Below are positions 39,081-47,313 of a DNA stretch of 64,000 nucleotides, piece by piece. Every line of letters begins with the position of its first letter. Within the stretch, counting starts at the first letter, position 1. The position numbers and the translations under genes were made by a program. The notes under the pieces are model-generated. The model was not told where the DNA came from. It saw nothing but the letters and a program-made list of their open reading frames with translations, and did not search any database. This DNA comes from Bacteroidales bacterium (lineage in GTDB: Bacteria > Bacteroidota > Bacteroidia > Bacteroidales > UBA932), in contig JAFYVM010000034.1 of the NCBI GenBank assembly GCA_017549145.1, forward strand, positions 3,220 to 67,219, written 5' to 3'.

Positions 39081-40718
39081 CTAGGAAATCATATCTAACA
39101 AATCACATTTTATAGATGAATCACTGTCTTCAATCATACGTTTGATACGGCTCTTACGTATATACACAGTATTAACAGAAGAGTCAATTAAACGAGAAAT
39201 AGTAGTTGCATCAAATCCAATAATAAGATAACTAAGGATTATATAATCCACCTCCTTCAATTTAAATTCCATACGCACGTTATCCATAATCCCGTTTAGA
39301 TCAGAATTCAACATTGCTTCTAATTTTGAATGATCCTGCATATCAGCTCGTAATTCATCCACCATTGAAACAACTTTAGAATACATCACTTTCTCAGCGT
39401 TATCTCTACCCTGAAACTGAAGATAGTTATCACATAAAACTCTTAAATTTTCAAATTTAGATTTATATGCTTCAAGATATTTCTTCTTTAAAGAAGGAAG
39501 ATCATCGTTCTTAATTTCTGAAAGCTGTCTTGTTACTTCATCAACATACTGAATATATTTATCCTTTTCTTCTCGATACTTTCTGTGCCTTGTACATATA
39601 ATAACGATTAAAAGAGTAATAATTAATAGTGAACAGAATAATATTATTAACAACATCTGCGTTCTAACCTTCACCCTATATTCAGAATTCTCTGATTGAA
39701 TCTCATAATAATTTCTTTGAGTTAACGCCAATGATTGACTTAAAGCACTTGATACAACCTTATTGTCATATAAAGTAGACTCTTCCAAGTATTTAAGGGC
39801 TAAAGCATTATTACCTATATCTTTAGCCATAAAGTATTTCCAATAATAAGTAGTCGAAGATGTATCGACACTTTCCAACTGTTCTATAAGATTTTGCGAT
39901 TCTTCATATCTCCCAAGTTTATTTAATACAGAAGTATATGCCCACCAATCCTTAATTGTCATATACTGATTACCAAATCGATTGAAAAGATCTTCATATA
40001 ATAAAATGATTTTCTCTGGTGGCGTATCTTGCTTAATAACATTCAAATACGCATAAGAGCACAATGTATTCCCCATAGTATAATTACTCAAACCTTCCTT
40101 ATCAAGAAGTTCCAAATAAATACGCTCAGCAGTATCATACTCCATATCATTCATTAATATCTGGGCTTGCCTATATCTTGTAATATCAGTATAGTAATCC
40201 AAAGAAAGAGCAGAGTAAATTTCATAAGCCTTTTGAACACAGTTCATTTCTTCTATATGATTATATGTTCTACTATAAACGTGTCCCTGAAGACTCTTAG
40301 TCATACCCCAATAAAGACTATCGCAAGATGGAGCTAAATTCTCTGCTTTTGTTAACTCGATTATCGCCTTATCGTACTCCTTTGAGTAATAATAAGACAA
40401 ACCTAAATAATACAGTGATCTTACTTTATACTTCTTATCTCCGTGTCTATCAAACCAATCCAAAGCAGTCATAGCTAAAGAATCATCCGACACATCTATA
40501 TAATTCTTATCCAATGCCATAGCATGCAGCAATGCATGATGAGAACGTAGCTCCCTTGTCGACAAAAGATTGCGGTCAATTGAATCCAAAACTTTTAAAG
40601 CACTATCAGGTCTAGCAGCAATAAAAGACTCTACATCTAGTAGAGTTCGCTCAATATCCTTTGAAATACAAGAAATTAAACAAACAGATAAAATAAAGAA
40701 ACTTAGTAAGTTTTTCAT
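39081..40718 (-). CDS. Membrane-spanning TPR protein with C-terminal LuxR-like HTH (one-component regulator)
   Basis: N-terminal signal/lipobox (CLISC), TPR repeats (SLYYLGLSYY...KAIIELTKA), TM helix MLLIILFCSLLIITLLIVII, HTH GFDATTISRLIDSSVNTVYIRKSRIK. Confidence 0.85.
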   Translation of the reverse strand: MKNLLSFFILSVCLISCISKDIERTLLDVESFIAARPDSALKVLDSIDRNLLSTRELRSHHALLHAMALDKNYIDVSDDSLAMTALDWFDRHGDKKYKVRSLYYLGLSYYYSKEYDKAIIELTKAENLAPSCDSLYWGMTKSLQGHVYSRTYNHIEEMNCVQKAYEIYSALSLDYYTDITRYRQAQILMNDMEYDTAERIYLELLDKEGLSNYTMGNTLCSYAYLNVIKQDTPPEKIILLYEDLFNRFGNQYMTIKDWWAYTSVLNKLGRYEESQNLIEQLESVDTSSTTYYWKYFMAKDIGNNALALKYLEESTLYDNKVVSSALSQSLALTQRNYYEIQSENSEYRVKVRTQMLLIILFCSLLIITLLIVIICTRHRKYREEKDKYIQYVDEVTRQLSEIKNDDLPSLKKKYLEAYKSKFENLRVLCDNYLQFQGRDNAEKVMYSKVVSMVDELRADMQDHSKLEAMLNSDLNGIMDNVRMEFKLKEVDYIILSYLIIGFDATTISRLIDSSVNTVYIRKSRIKRMIEDSDSSIKCDLLDMIS

Positions 40719-40756
40719 TAGAATCTAAATTTTATACAAGAATATATATTATTGAT

Positions 40757-40764
40757 TACCTTTG
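40757..40764 (+). promoter_or_regulatory. Bacteroidetes -7 promoter element with no downstream + strand CDS
   Basis: TACCTTTG, matching TAnnTTTG. Confidence 0.55.
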
Positions 40765-40769
40765 TAAAT

Positions 40770-40951
40770 ATAAGCAGAAACGTTCTAAATTCAATAAAAT
40801 ACTGTTCCCTATCGTCACCACCCAAAATTTCGACATTTATACTGACTGATAGGGCGATAGGTGGTCATGCGTCTTTGGCGCAGGGCTGCCTGTCTATCAG
40901 TAGGCCGTCGGAAGCCTAGGGGTGGTGCGGGAAGTCCTGCGCCATTTTTTT
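40770..40951 (+). ncRNA. Candidate structured RNA (C4/CI antisense-like architecture)
   Basis: Promoter upstream and T7 tract at the end. Stem TGGCGCAGGGCT/AGTCCTGCGCCA encloses segments complementary to upstream CTGATAG, TTCGAC and CACCACCC. Confidence 0.5.
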
Positions 40952-40968
40952 GTTGAAATATCTCTATT

Positions 40969-41057
40969 AAACAAGGAAAGCAAAACACTTTTCTCATTAG
41001 ATTTTAAAAACACCTTAAAGCCATTTAGGCTTAATCAATGTTTCGCTTTCCTTGTTT
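40969..41057. repeat. 19-bp inverted repeat pair
   Basis: AAACAAGGAAAGCAAAACA / TGTTTCGCTTTCCTTGTTT, one mismatch, 51-bp spacer. Confidence 0.7.
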
Positions 41058-41077
41058 CCCAATATCTATTATCCCTC

Positions 41078-41158
41078 CCATCCGTAAAAACGGCATATTT
41101 ACGGATGGCATGTAGAAAAAAGCGGTAGTCATCCGTAATTTAGGCTATTTTACGGATA
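41078..41158. repeat. Tandem pair of imperfect palindromes (TCC-N19-GGA, 51-bp period)
   Basis: CCATCCGTAAAAACGGCATATTTACGGATGG and CATCCGTAATTTAGGCTATTTTACGGAT. Confidence 0.8.
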
Positions 41159-41179
41159 ATGCGACTAGTGTGACTATAT

Positions 41180-41226
41180 ATACTTAAAAAGGAAGTTGAC
41201 GGCAAATCAACTTCCTTTTTAAGTAT
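41180..41226 (-). terminator. Terminator of galK
   Basis: Perfect 20-bp inverted repeat ATACTTAAAAAGGAAGTTGA / TCAACTTCCTTTTTAAGTAT. Confidence 0.8.
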
Positions 41227-41240
41227 TTAATATAGTCTAT

Positions 41241-42377
41241 TTACGCGAGTTTGCGTGCTCCGTCACTGATTACAACAGGAATAACGATAGGCTCATGACC
41301 GTATTTCTCTGCAAATGCGGTCTTTGCTTTTTCTATGAACGCATCGTAAAGCTCAGCCTTCACGAGGTTGATTGTACAACCACCGAAGCCACCACCCATG
41401 ATGCGTGAACCTGTTACGCCGCACTCCTGAGCTACTGTAGCAAGGAAGTCAAGCTCTTCACAAGACACCTCATAGTCCTTAGACATACCCCAGTGAGTCT
41501 CATACATACGTGCTCCCACTGTCTCGTAGTCACCCTTCTCAAGAGCCTCGCAAACATCAAGAACTCTCTTCTCCTCACCGATCACATAACGTGCGCGGAG
41601 GTAATCTTCCTCAGAAATCTGATCCTTGATAGCCTCAAGCTGCTCCATTGTAGCACCACGAAGGAACTCCTGACCAAGCACTTTAGCAACACGCTCACAA
41701 GATGCACGACGATCATTGTAAGGAGAACCTACAAGCTCATGCTTGACGCAAGAGTTCAAGAGAACGAGCTTGTAACCATACTTACCCGGATTAAATGGGA
41801 AGTAAGCAAACTCCATAGAACGGCAGTCAAGACGCATAAGATGTCCAGCCTTACCGAATACAGAAGCGAACTGGTCCATGATACCACACTTCACACCGCA
41901 GTAGTTATGCTCTGTGCTCTGACCGATGCGAGCAAGCTCAAACTTATCGATATTAAGGTTGAAAAGATCGTTAAGAGCATACGCGAAAGTGCTCTCAAGA
42001 GCAGCTGATGAAGACATACCTGCTCCGAGTGGAACATCACCGGCAAATACTGTATCAAAACCAGCAATGACGCCACCTCTCTTCTGGATTTCACGGCACA
42101 CACCAAAGATATAACGTGCCCAGCTCTGTGTAGGAGCATCTTCCTCATTAAGACCAAACTCACAGTACTCATCAAGATCAAGAGCAAATGCATGAACCTT
42201 ATCAGTACCGTTAAGCTTGATTTCTGCAATCATTCCTTTGTCAATAGCACCTGGAAAAACGAAGCCTCCATTATAGTCGGTGTGCTCACCGATAAGGTTG
42301 ATACGTCCGGCAGATGCAAAGAACTCACCCTCTGTGTGATAAATAGTCTGGAATTTTTCTGCGATTTTCTGTTTCAT
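41241..42377 (-). CDS. galK: Galactokinase
   Basis: GRINLIGEHTDYNGG, PLGAGMSSSAA, CGIMDQF, GSRIMGGGFGGC. Confidence 0.97.
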   Translation of the reverse strand: MKQKIAEKFQTIYHTEGEFFASAGRINLIGEHTDYNGGFVFPGAIDKGMIAEIKLNGTDKVHAFALDLDEYCEFGLNEEDAPTQSWARYIFGVCREIQKRGGVIAGFDTVFAGDVPLGAGMSSSAALESTFAYALNDLFNLNIDKFELARIGQSTEHNYCGVKCGIMDQFASVFGKAGHLMRLDCRSMEFAYFPFNPGKYGYKLVLLNSCVKHELVGSPYNDRRASCERVAKVLGQEFLRGATMEQLEAIKDQISEEDYLRARYVIGEEKRVLDVCEALEKGDYETVGARMYETHWGMSKDYEVSCEELDFLATVAQECGVTGSRIMGGGFGGCTINLVKAELYDAFIEKAKTAFAEKYGHEPIVIPVVISDGARKLA

Positions 42378-42412
42378 AATATTTTGTTTAGTGTTTTATA
42401 TCAACTATGGAG

Positions 42413-43390
42413 TCATCTAAAATCTTTCAAAGGTAATAATATTTTTAATATTATAGGACAATGATCGCTTACTCCACCAAGATACTTTGGACCCGAGTAA
42501 GTCCGCAAGGGTTTTTCACCCGGATAAGACTTATCATAAATCATTAAAAATGGGATATATCCTATTTCCATGGTACTATATCTATCTAATAATGGAGACA
42601 CCATAAACATATCTATCATATCCCATTTCCCCTTATAACGAATAGTTCCCTCGCCTCTGATAGAAAAACTTTCTGCCTTATTTTCAAGCTTACCTGCAAC
42701 TATATCAAATTGTTCAGCAGAAGGAATATCATTAAAATCACCCATAACTATCTGTTTGTCGGATCTTATTGAATCACACAACTCAGCAAGAGATTCCATA
42801 GCTGAATATCTCCGTCCTTGAGATAGCTCGGATCCACCATATTTGGAAGGGTGATGACACACAATAAAGTCTAATGTATCACCATACGGAATGCACCTCA
42901 TCTGCGCATGAAGCATATCTCTTGTAGACATTTCCACGCCATTATACACAGGTGTCTTCAAAGATGTGGAAAGGAGCTGAAAAGTAGATTTTCTATATAG
43001 AATAGCCACATCTATTCCTCTCCTGTCTCTTGAATCAAAATGAATTATATCGTAATCATATTTACGTAGAAGAGTAGATGACAATAGACGTTTAAGCACA
43101 CCTTTGTTCTCTATTTCACACAGTCCTACAGCATCCGGCATCTTTCCATACTTATCAGATAGCCAGAAAACAGACTTGGAAATGGTATTGCATTTGGAAT
43201 AAAACCTGGATTTGGTCCAAGACCTTGAACCTCGCGAAGAAAACTCGCAATCAGACTCCCCTGTACCCTGATCCCTCCAATCAAAGAAGTTTTCAAGATT
43301 CCAGAATATCACCAATAAAGAATCACTTTCCTGAGCATGCGCACACACTCCGGCAGCACATACCAACAGCACTGAAATCACTCTCCTCAT
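42413..43390 (-). CDS. Exported endonuclease/exonuclease/phosphatase family protein
   Basis: Signal peptide; WNLENFFD, LCEIEN, D.RGIDVA, MGDFND, SDHCP. Confidence 0.9.
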   Translation of the reverse strand: MRRVISVLLVCAAGVCAHAQESDSLLVIFWNLENFFDWRDQGTGESDCEFSSRGSRSWTKSRFYSKCNTISKSVFWLSDKYGKMPDAVGLCEIENKGVLKRLLSSTLLRKYDYDIIHFDSRDRRGIDVAILYRKSTFQLLSTSLKTPVYNGVEMSTRDMLHAQMRCIPYGDTLDFIVCHHPSKYGGSELSQGRRYSAMESLAELCDSIRSDKQIVMGDFNDIPSAEQFDIVAGKLENKAESFSIRGEGTIRYKGKWDMIDMFMVSPLLDRYSTMEIGYIPFLMIYDKSYPGEKPLRTYSGPKYLGGVSDHCPIILKILLPLKDFR

Positions 43391-43467
43391 AAGCTATAAA
43401 ATGACACTATGGCAAATATAAAAATATTGAGTAAATTTGCGCCCTGAAAATTTAAAGAATTATATAT

Positions 43468-44571
43468 ATGGCACTTAAATGCGGCATTGTAGGCCTTCCT
43501 AACGTAGGAAAATCAACACTTTTTAACTGCGTGAGCTCGGGTAGAGCACAGAGCGCAAACTTCCCTTTCTGTACAATTGAACCAAATATAGGATCAACCA
43601 ATGTCCCTGATAAGAGACTTGAAGTACTTGAAGGACTTTGTAATCCTAAGAGAGTGGTTCCTGCAACCGTAGAAATCGTAGATATCGCAGGTCTTGTAAA
43701 GGGTGCCAGCAAAGGTGAGGGACTTGGAAACCAGTTCCTAGCAAACATCCGTGAAACTGATGCAATCCTTCATGTTCTCAGATGCTTCGATGATCCTAAC
43801 ATCGTTCATGTGGACGGTAGTGTAGACCCGGTTCGCGACAAGGAAGTCATCGACTGCGAACTCCAGCTTAAGGACCTCGAGACTGTAGAAAACCGTATCC
43901 AGAAAGTACAGAAGCAGGCTACAACAGGTGGAGACAAGAATGCAAAGAAACTTTACGAGCTTCTTCTCAAGTATAGAGACGTCCTTATGCAGGGTAAGTC
44001 ATGCCGTACTGTAAAGCCTGAAAACGCTGAGGAAGAGCAGATGGCTAAGGAACTTTACCTTCTTACAAACAAGCCGGTAATGTATGTTTGCAACGTAGAT
44101 GAATCATCTGCAAAAGACGGAAACGAGTATGTAGAGAGAGTTCGCGAAGCAACTAAGGACGAAGAGGCTGACATCCTTATTATCTCCGCTAAGATCGAGT
44201 CAGATATCGCAGAACTTGAGAGCTATGAGGAGCGCCAGATGTTCCTTGAGGAGATGTTCCTTGAGGAATCAGGTGTAATCAGACTTATCCAGCACGCATA
44301 TTCACTCCTTAACCTTAGAACATATTTCACAGTAGGAGTGGAAGAGTGCCGCGCTTGGACAATCAACAAAGGTGATAAGGCTCCAAGAGCTGCCAGCGTA
44401 ATCCATACAGACTTCGAAAAAGGCTTTATCAGAGCCGAAGTCATCAAGTATGATGACTTTATCGAACTCAAGTCAGAAGCGGCTTGTAGAGCGGCAGGAA
44501 AGCTTGGTGTAGAGGGTAAGGAATATGTCGTACAGGATGGAGACATCATGCACTTCCTTTTCAACGTATAA
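43468..44571 (+). CDS. ychF: Redox-regulated ATPase YchF
   Basis: GLPNVGKST, NFPFCTIEPN, DIAGLVKGAS.GEGLGN, IHTDFEKGFIRAE. Promoter TAAATTTG at 43432-43439. Confidence 0.97.
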   Translation: MALKCGIVGLPNVGKSTLFNCVSSGRAQSANFPFCTIEPNIGSTNVPDKRLEVLEGLCNPKRVVPATVEIVDIAGLVKGASKGEGLGNQFLANIRETDAILHVLRCFDDPNIVHVDGSVDPVRDKEVIDCELQLKDLETVENRIQKVQKQATTGGDKNAKKLYELLLKYRDVLMQGKSCRTVKPENAEEEQMAKELYLLTNKPVMYVCNVDESSAKDGNEYVERVREATKDEEADILIISAKIESDIAELESYEERQMFLEEMFLEESGVIRLIQHAYSLLNLRTYFTVGVEECRAWTINKGDKAPRAASVIHTDFEKGFIRAEVIKYDDFIELKSEAACRAAGKLGVEGKEYVVQDGDIMHFLFNV

Positions 44572-44588
44572 TCAAATACTAAATACAA

Positions 44589-44623
44589 AAAAATGGGATG
44601 ATCGCGATGATCATCCCATTTTT
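44589..44623. terminator. Bidirectional terminator between ychF and the ppiD-like gene
   Basis: AAAAATGGGATGATC-N5-GATCATCCCATTTTT. Confidence 0.8.
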
Positions 44624-44640
44624 GTATTATGTGTTATCTA

Positions 44641-46623
44641 TTAATAGAAACGTGCTCTATTATCCTTAACATCAGCATCATCCATCATTACTGGAACAAC
44701 CATCTGTGATGAGTACTGAGATCTCTGTGCGCTGTGCTGCTTTGCACTCTCCTCAGTATAGTGGCTCTGAGTCTCGCGACCAGTTACCTTGTAAACATAC
44801 ACACCATTGTTACCAGCTACAGGACCGCAGATTACATTGTCCTCAGAAGCGTAAGCTGCACCGATGAACATTGGGTCAAGACCCATTGAAGAGAATGATG
44901 AGAATGCTACACCATCCTTAGTGCTTACAGTTGTACCGAGCTTCTCAGCGATAGCAGCAAGGTCAGTAAGACCCTCGATGCTCTCCTTAACCTCAGCTGA
45001 CTTCTTCTCAGCATACTGCTTGCTGTAGAGAATGTTTCTGATAGATGAAGCAACCTCATTAACTGGAGTGTAACCCTCCTCGTGAATTCCTGTAACAGCT
45101 GCTACAACGAAGTAGTTGTTGTTGATTGTGAAGATAGAAGAAACCTGACCCTTCTTAGCCTCGAAAGCCCATCTTGTAATCTCCTTTGTTCCATCAACAG
45201 CACCAAGTCTGCTTGTTCCCTCAGCCATCTTGCTTACTGGATGAGCATATACACCAAGTGAATCAACAGCCTTGCGGAATGTATCATACTTACCAGCAGC
45301 CATTGTTGCAAGAGTATTAGCCTGTGCATAGTAACCGTTTACAGTCTCCTTGCTGGCCTCAGCATTCTTCTCAAGAATTGCAACTCTCTTCTTAGCAACT
45401 GGAGTTGTAGTCTTCAAAACGTTGAATACGAAACCACCAAGTTTAACCTGTGAACCAACCTTAGCTGTCATGAGATCCTCGAAACCTGGAGTCTGAGTAA
45501 TCCACATTGGCTCAGCAACATTAAGAAGGCTGTCAACATTCTCAGAAGCTGCAGGTACATACTTGACATATACTGAATCTGGAACCATTGCGCTAGCAAT
45601 AACTCTTACAGCTGAGAATGTGTTACCCTTAGTGATAGCCTCTGATACAGTAGCACCATTTGTGAATGCGAAGTCATTAACCTCCTTAGAAATCTTGTTC
45701 AACTCACCAGCCTTATACCAAGTGTTGTCGAACTTTCTATCAGAGTTTGCAAGAAGGAAGCTCTTCATGTTCTCAGTAGTAGTGAACTCATCGTAAACCT
45801 TAGCGAAAGCCTCATTTGCAGCAGCTACATCAGCAGCTGAAGGTTTAACCTCATAAACTACATACTCGATATCTCTACCAGCCTGCTGCTTGTAGAACTT
45901 CTTGTGTGACTCATAATACTTCTTGATGTCAGCGTCAGCAACTACGATTGTAGTATCCTTAGCATAACCGAAAGGAACCATTACAAACTCTACATTGAAA
46001 GTATTGTTGTTTCCTGCGAGTGCGTCAGTAAGCTGAAGCTTATTAACGATGTCACTCTGAGTAAAGAGAGACATATACTTAGCATAGTACTGCTGAGTCT
46101 GAGCTGTGCTCTGAAGGTTATCCCAATAAAGTTTTGCACCACCAGTAGCATCAGAATCGATAGAGTTAAGGAACTGAACGAGTACATCCTTAGAGAACTG
46201 ACCGTTCTCACCGAAGAACATAGGGTTCTGGCTGATAAGCGGTGACTCAATCTCACCAGCGATGATTGCCAACATTTCCTCCTCTCCTACTGTAAGACCT
46301 GCCCTCTTTGCGTTCTTGACGAAAAGATACTTGTTTACGAGAGACTCCCACGCTGTGTTTCTGATAGAAATCTGCTGCTGCTCATTCTGAACAGAAGAAC
46401 CAGACATCAACTCTGTAAGAGTAGTATACTTGTCAACCTCCTCCTGAAAATCAGTATACGAGATAGCTTTTCCATCGATTTCACCTACATCATACTTTGA
46501 TGACATAGATGCTGTTACAGACTGGAGGGTGCTTGGATCAACAATAAACGACAACAACGCCACAGCGATAAGCACTGTTATCACCACTCCAAACTTAACA
46601 CGGATTGTTTCTAGAACTGCCAT
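44641..46623 (-). CDS. PpiD-like periplasmic chaperone (SurA N-terminal domain)
   Basis: MAVLETIR plus TM anchor, VGEIDG..I, G.NGVYV and C-terminal DNRARFY, typical of Bacteroidales PpiD. Confidence 0.85.
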   Translation of the reverse strand: MAVLETIRVKFGVVITVLIAVALLSFIVDPSTLQSVTASMSSKYDVGEIDGKAISYTDFQEEVDKYTTLTELMSGSSVQNEQQQISIRNTAWESLVNKYLFVKNAKRAGLTVGEEEMLAIIAGEIESPLISQNPMFFGENGQFSKDVLVQFLNSIDSDATGGAKLYWDNLQSTAQTQQYYAKYMSLFTQSDIVNKLQLTDALAGNNNTFNVEFVMVPFGYAKDTTIVVADADIKKYYESHKKFYKQQAGRDIEYVVYEVKPSAADVAAANEAFAKVYDEFTTTENMKSFLLANSDRKFDNTWYKAGELNKISKEVNDFAFTNGATVSEAITKGNTFSAVRVIASAMVPDSVYVKYVPAASENVDSLLNVAEPMWITQTPGFEDLMTAKVGSQVKLGGFVFNVLKTTTPVAKKRVAILEKNAEASKETVNGYYAQANTLATMAAGKYDTFRKAVDSLGVYAHPVSKMAEGTSRLGAVDGTKEITRWAFEAKKGQVSSIFTINNNYFVVAAVTGIHEEGYTPVNEVASSIRNILYSKQYAEKKSAEVKESIEGLTDLAAIAEKLGTTVSTKDGVAFSSFSSMGLDPMFIGAAYASEDNVICGPVAGNNGVYVYKVTGRETQSHYTEESAKQHSAQRSQYSSQMVVPVMMDDADVKDNRARFY

Positions 46624-46684
46624 TTTTATTTGATTTTAAATTATTAGCAAAAAATATTGGGGTGCGAATATAGTAAATTTTCCG

Positions 46685-47284
46685 TTATTTTTTTCGCAAG
46701 GGACCGATAAAGTTAATAGAATCAATTAAAACCTCGGTACTATCCTTCACAACTACACCATAACTATTAAATGGACGGAATATCACTGAATTACGCGCTC
46801 GCTGGTCGGATTCCATTCCATATCCCTGCATAAAACCGCTAGGAGAATACATTTTAACATAACAATGTGTGTAGATTTTCTCATTCTTCTGATCCCAATA
46901 AAGAGTATCTGTCTCCATTACCTCTTGTTTAATCAGATTCTTAACTACCACATTACCAAATGCTTCCCAAGTTTCTCTCCCATCATCAAATTTCAAATGC
47001 TTTGCAACATCTGAAACTATCTGAGTCTCAAGAAGACCCTCATCAGTATATGCAAAAACTGAAAATCCCTTCGGGAACAATTCATAAGATACAGAATCAT
47101 TCTGGTATCTCTCCATCAATGATGCTTCCATTCTCATCTGGACCTTTCCGTTCTCAGAATGCACGACAAACATTCCGTCAACAGTCTGCATAGGAACTTC
47201 CTCTAATGATTTAGCATCAGTTGTACCCAATTTTCCTTTGCAGGAATAAACGACGAAAGCAACCGCCAAAGCGGTTGCAATCAT
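46685..47284 (-). CDS. lptC: LPS export periplasmic protein LptC
   Basis: FPKG, WEAFGNVVV, TDTLYWDQ...IYT, G.GMESDQ. Alternative GTG start at 47311. Confidence 0.8.
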   Translation of the reverse strand: MIATALAVAFVVYSCKGKLGTTDAKSLEEVPMQTVDGMFVVHSENGKVQMRMEASLMERYQNDSVSYELFPKGFSVFAYTDEGLLETQIVSDVAKHLKFDDGRETWEAFGNVVVKNLIKQEVMETDTLYWDQKNEKIYTHCYVKMYSPSGFMQGYGMESDQRARNSVIFRPFNSYGVVVKDSTEVLIDSINFIGPLRKK

Positions 47285-47313
47285 TCGTATAATATGTGAA
47301 ATTTTCCTCACTA

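Noticed and set aside
40770-40951. 6S RNA or a riboswitch
   Set aside because: Length and rod fold are compatible with 6S, but I recognised no 6S or riboswitch motifs, the context is accessory and there is no downstream gene to control. Not fully excluded without cmscan.
40868-40957. 29-codon ORF (MRLWRRAA...) as a type I toxin
   Set aside because: No hydrophobic helix; composition reflects the GC-rich RNA structure.
29255-42377. galM and galK separated by 11 kb as evidence of island insertion into a gal operon
   Set aside because: The intervening region includes several unrelated core-like genes and galK has its own terminator; ordinary rearrangement explains it.
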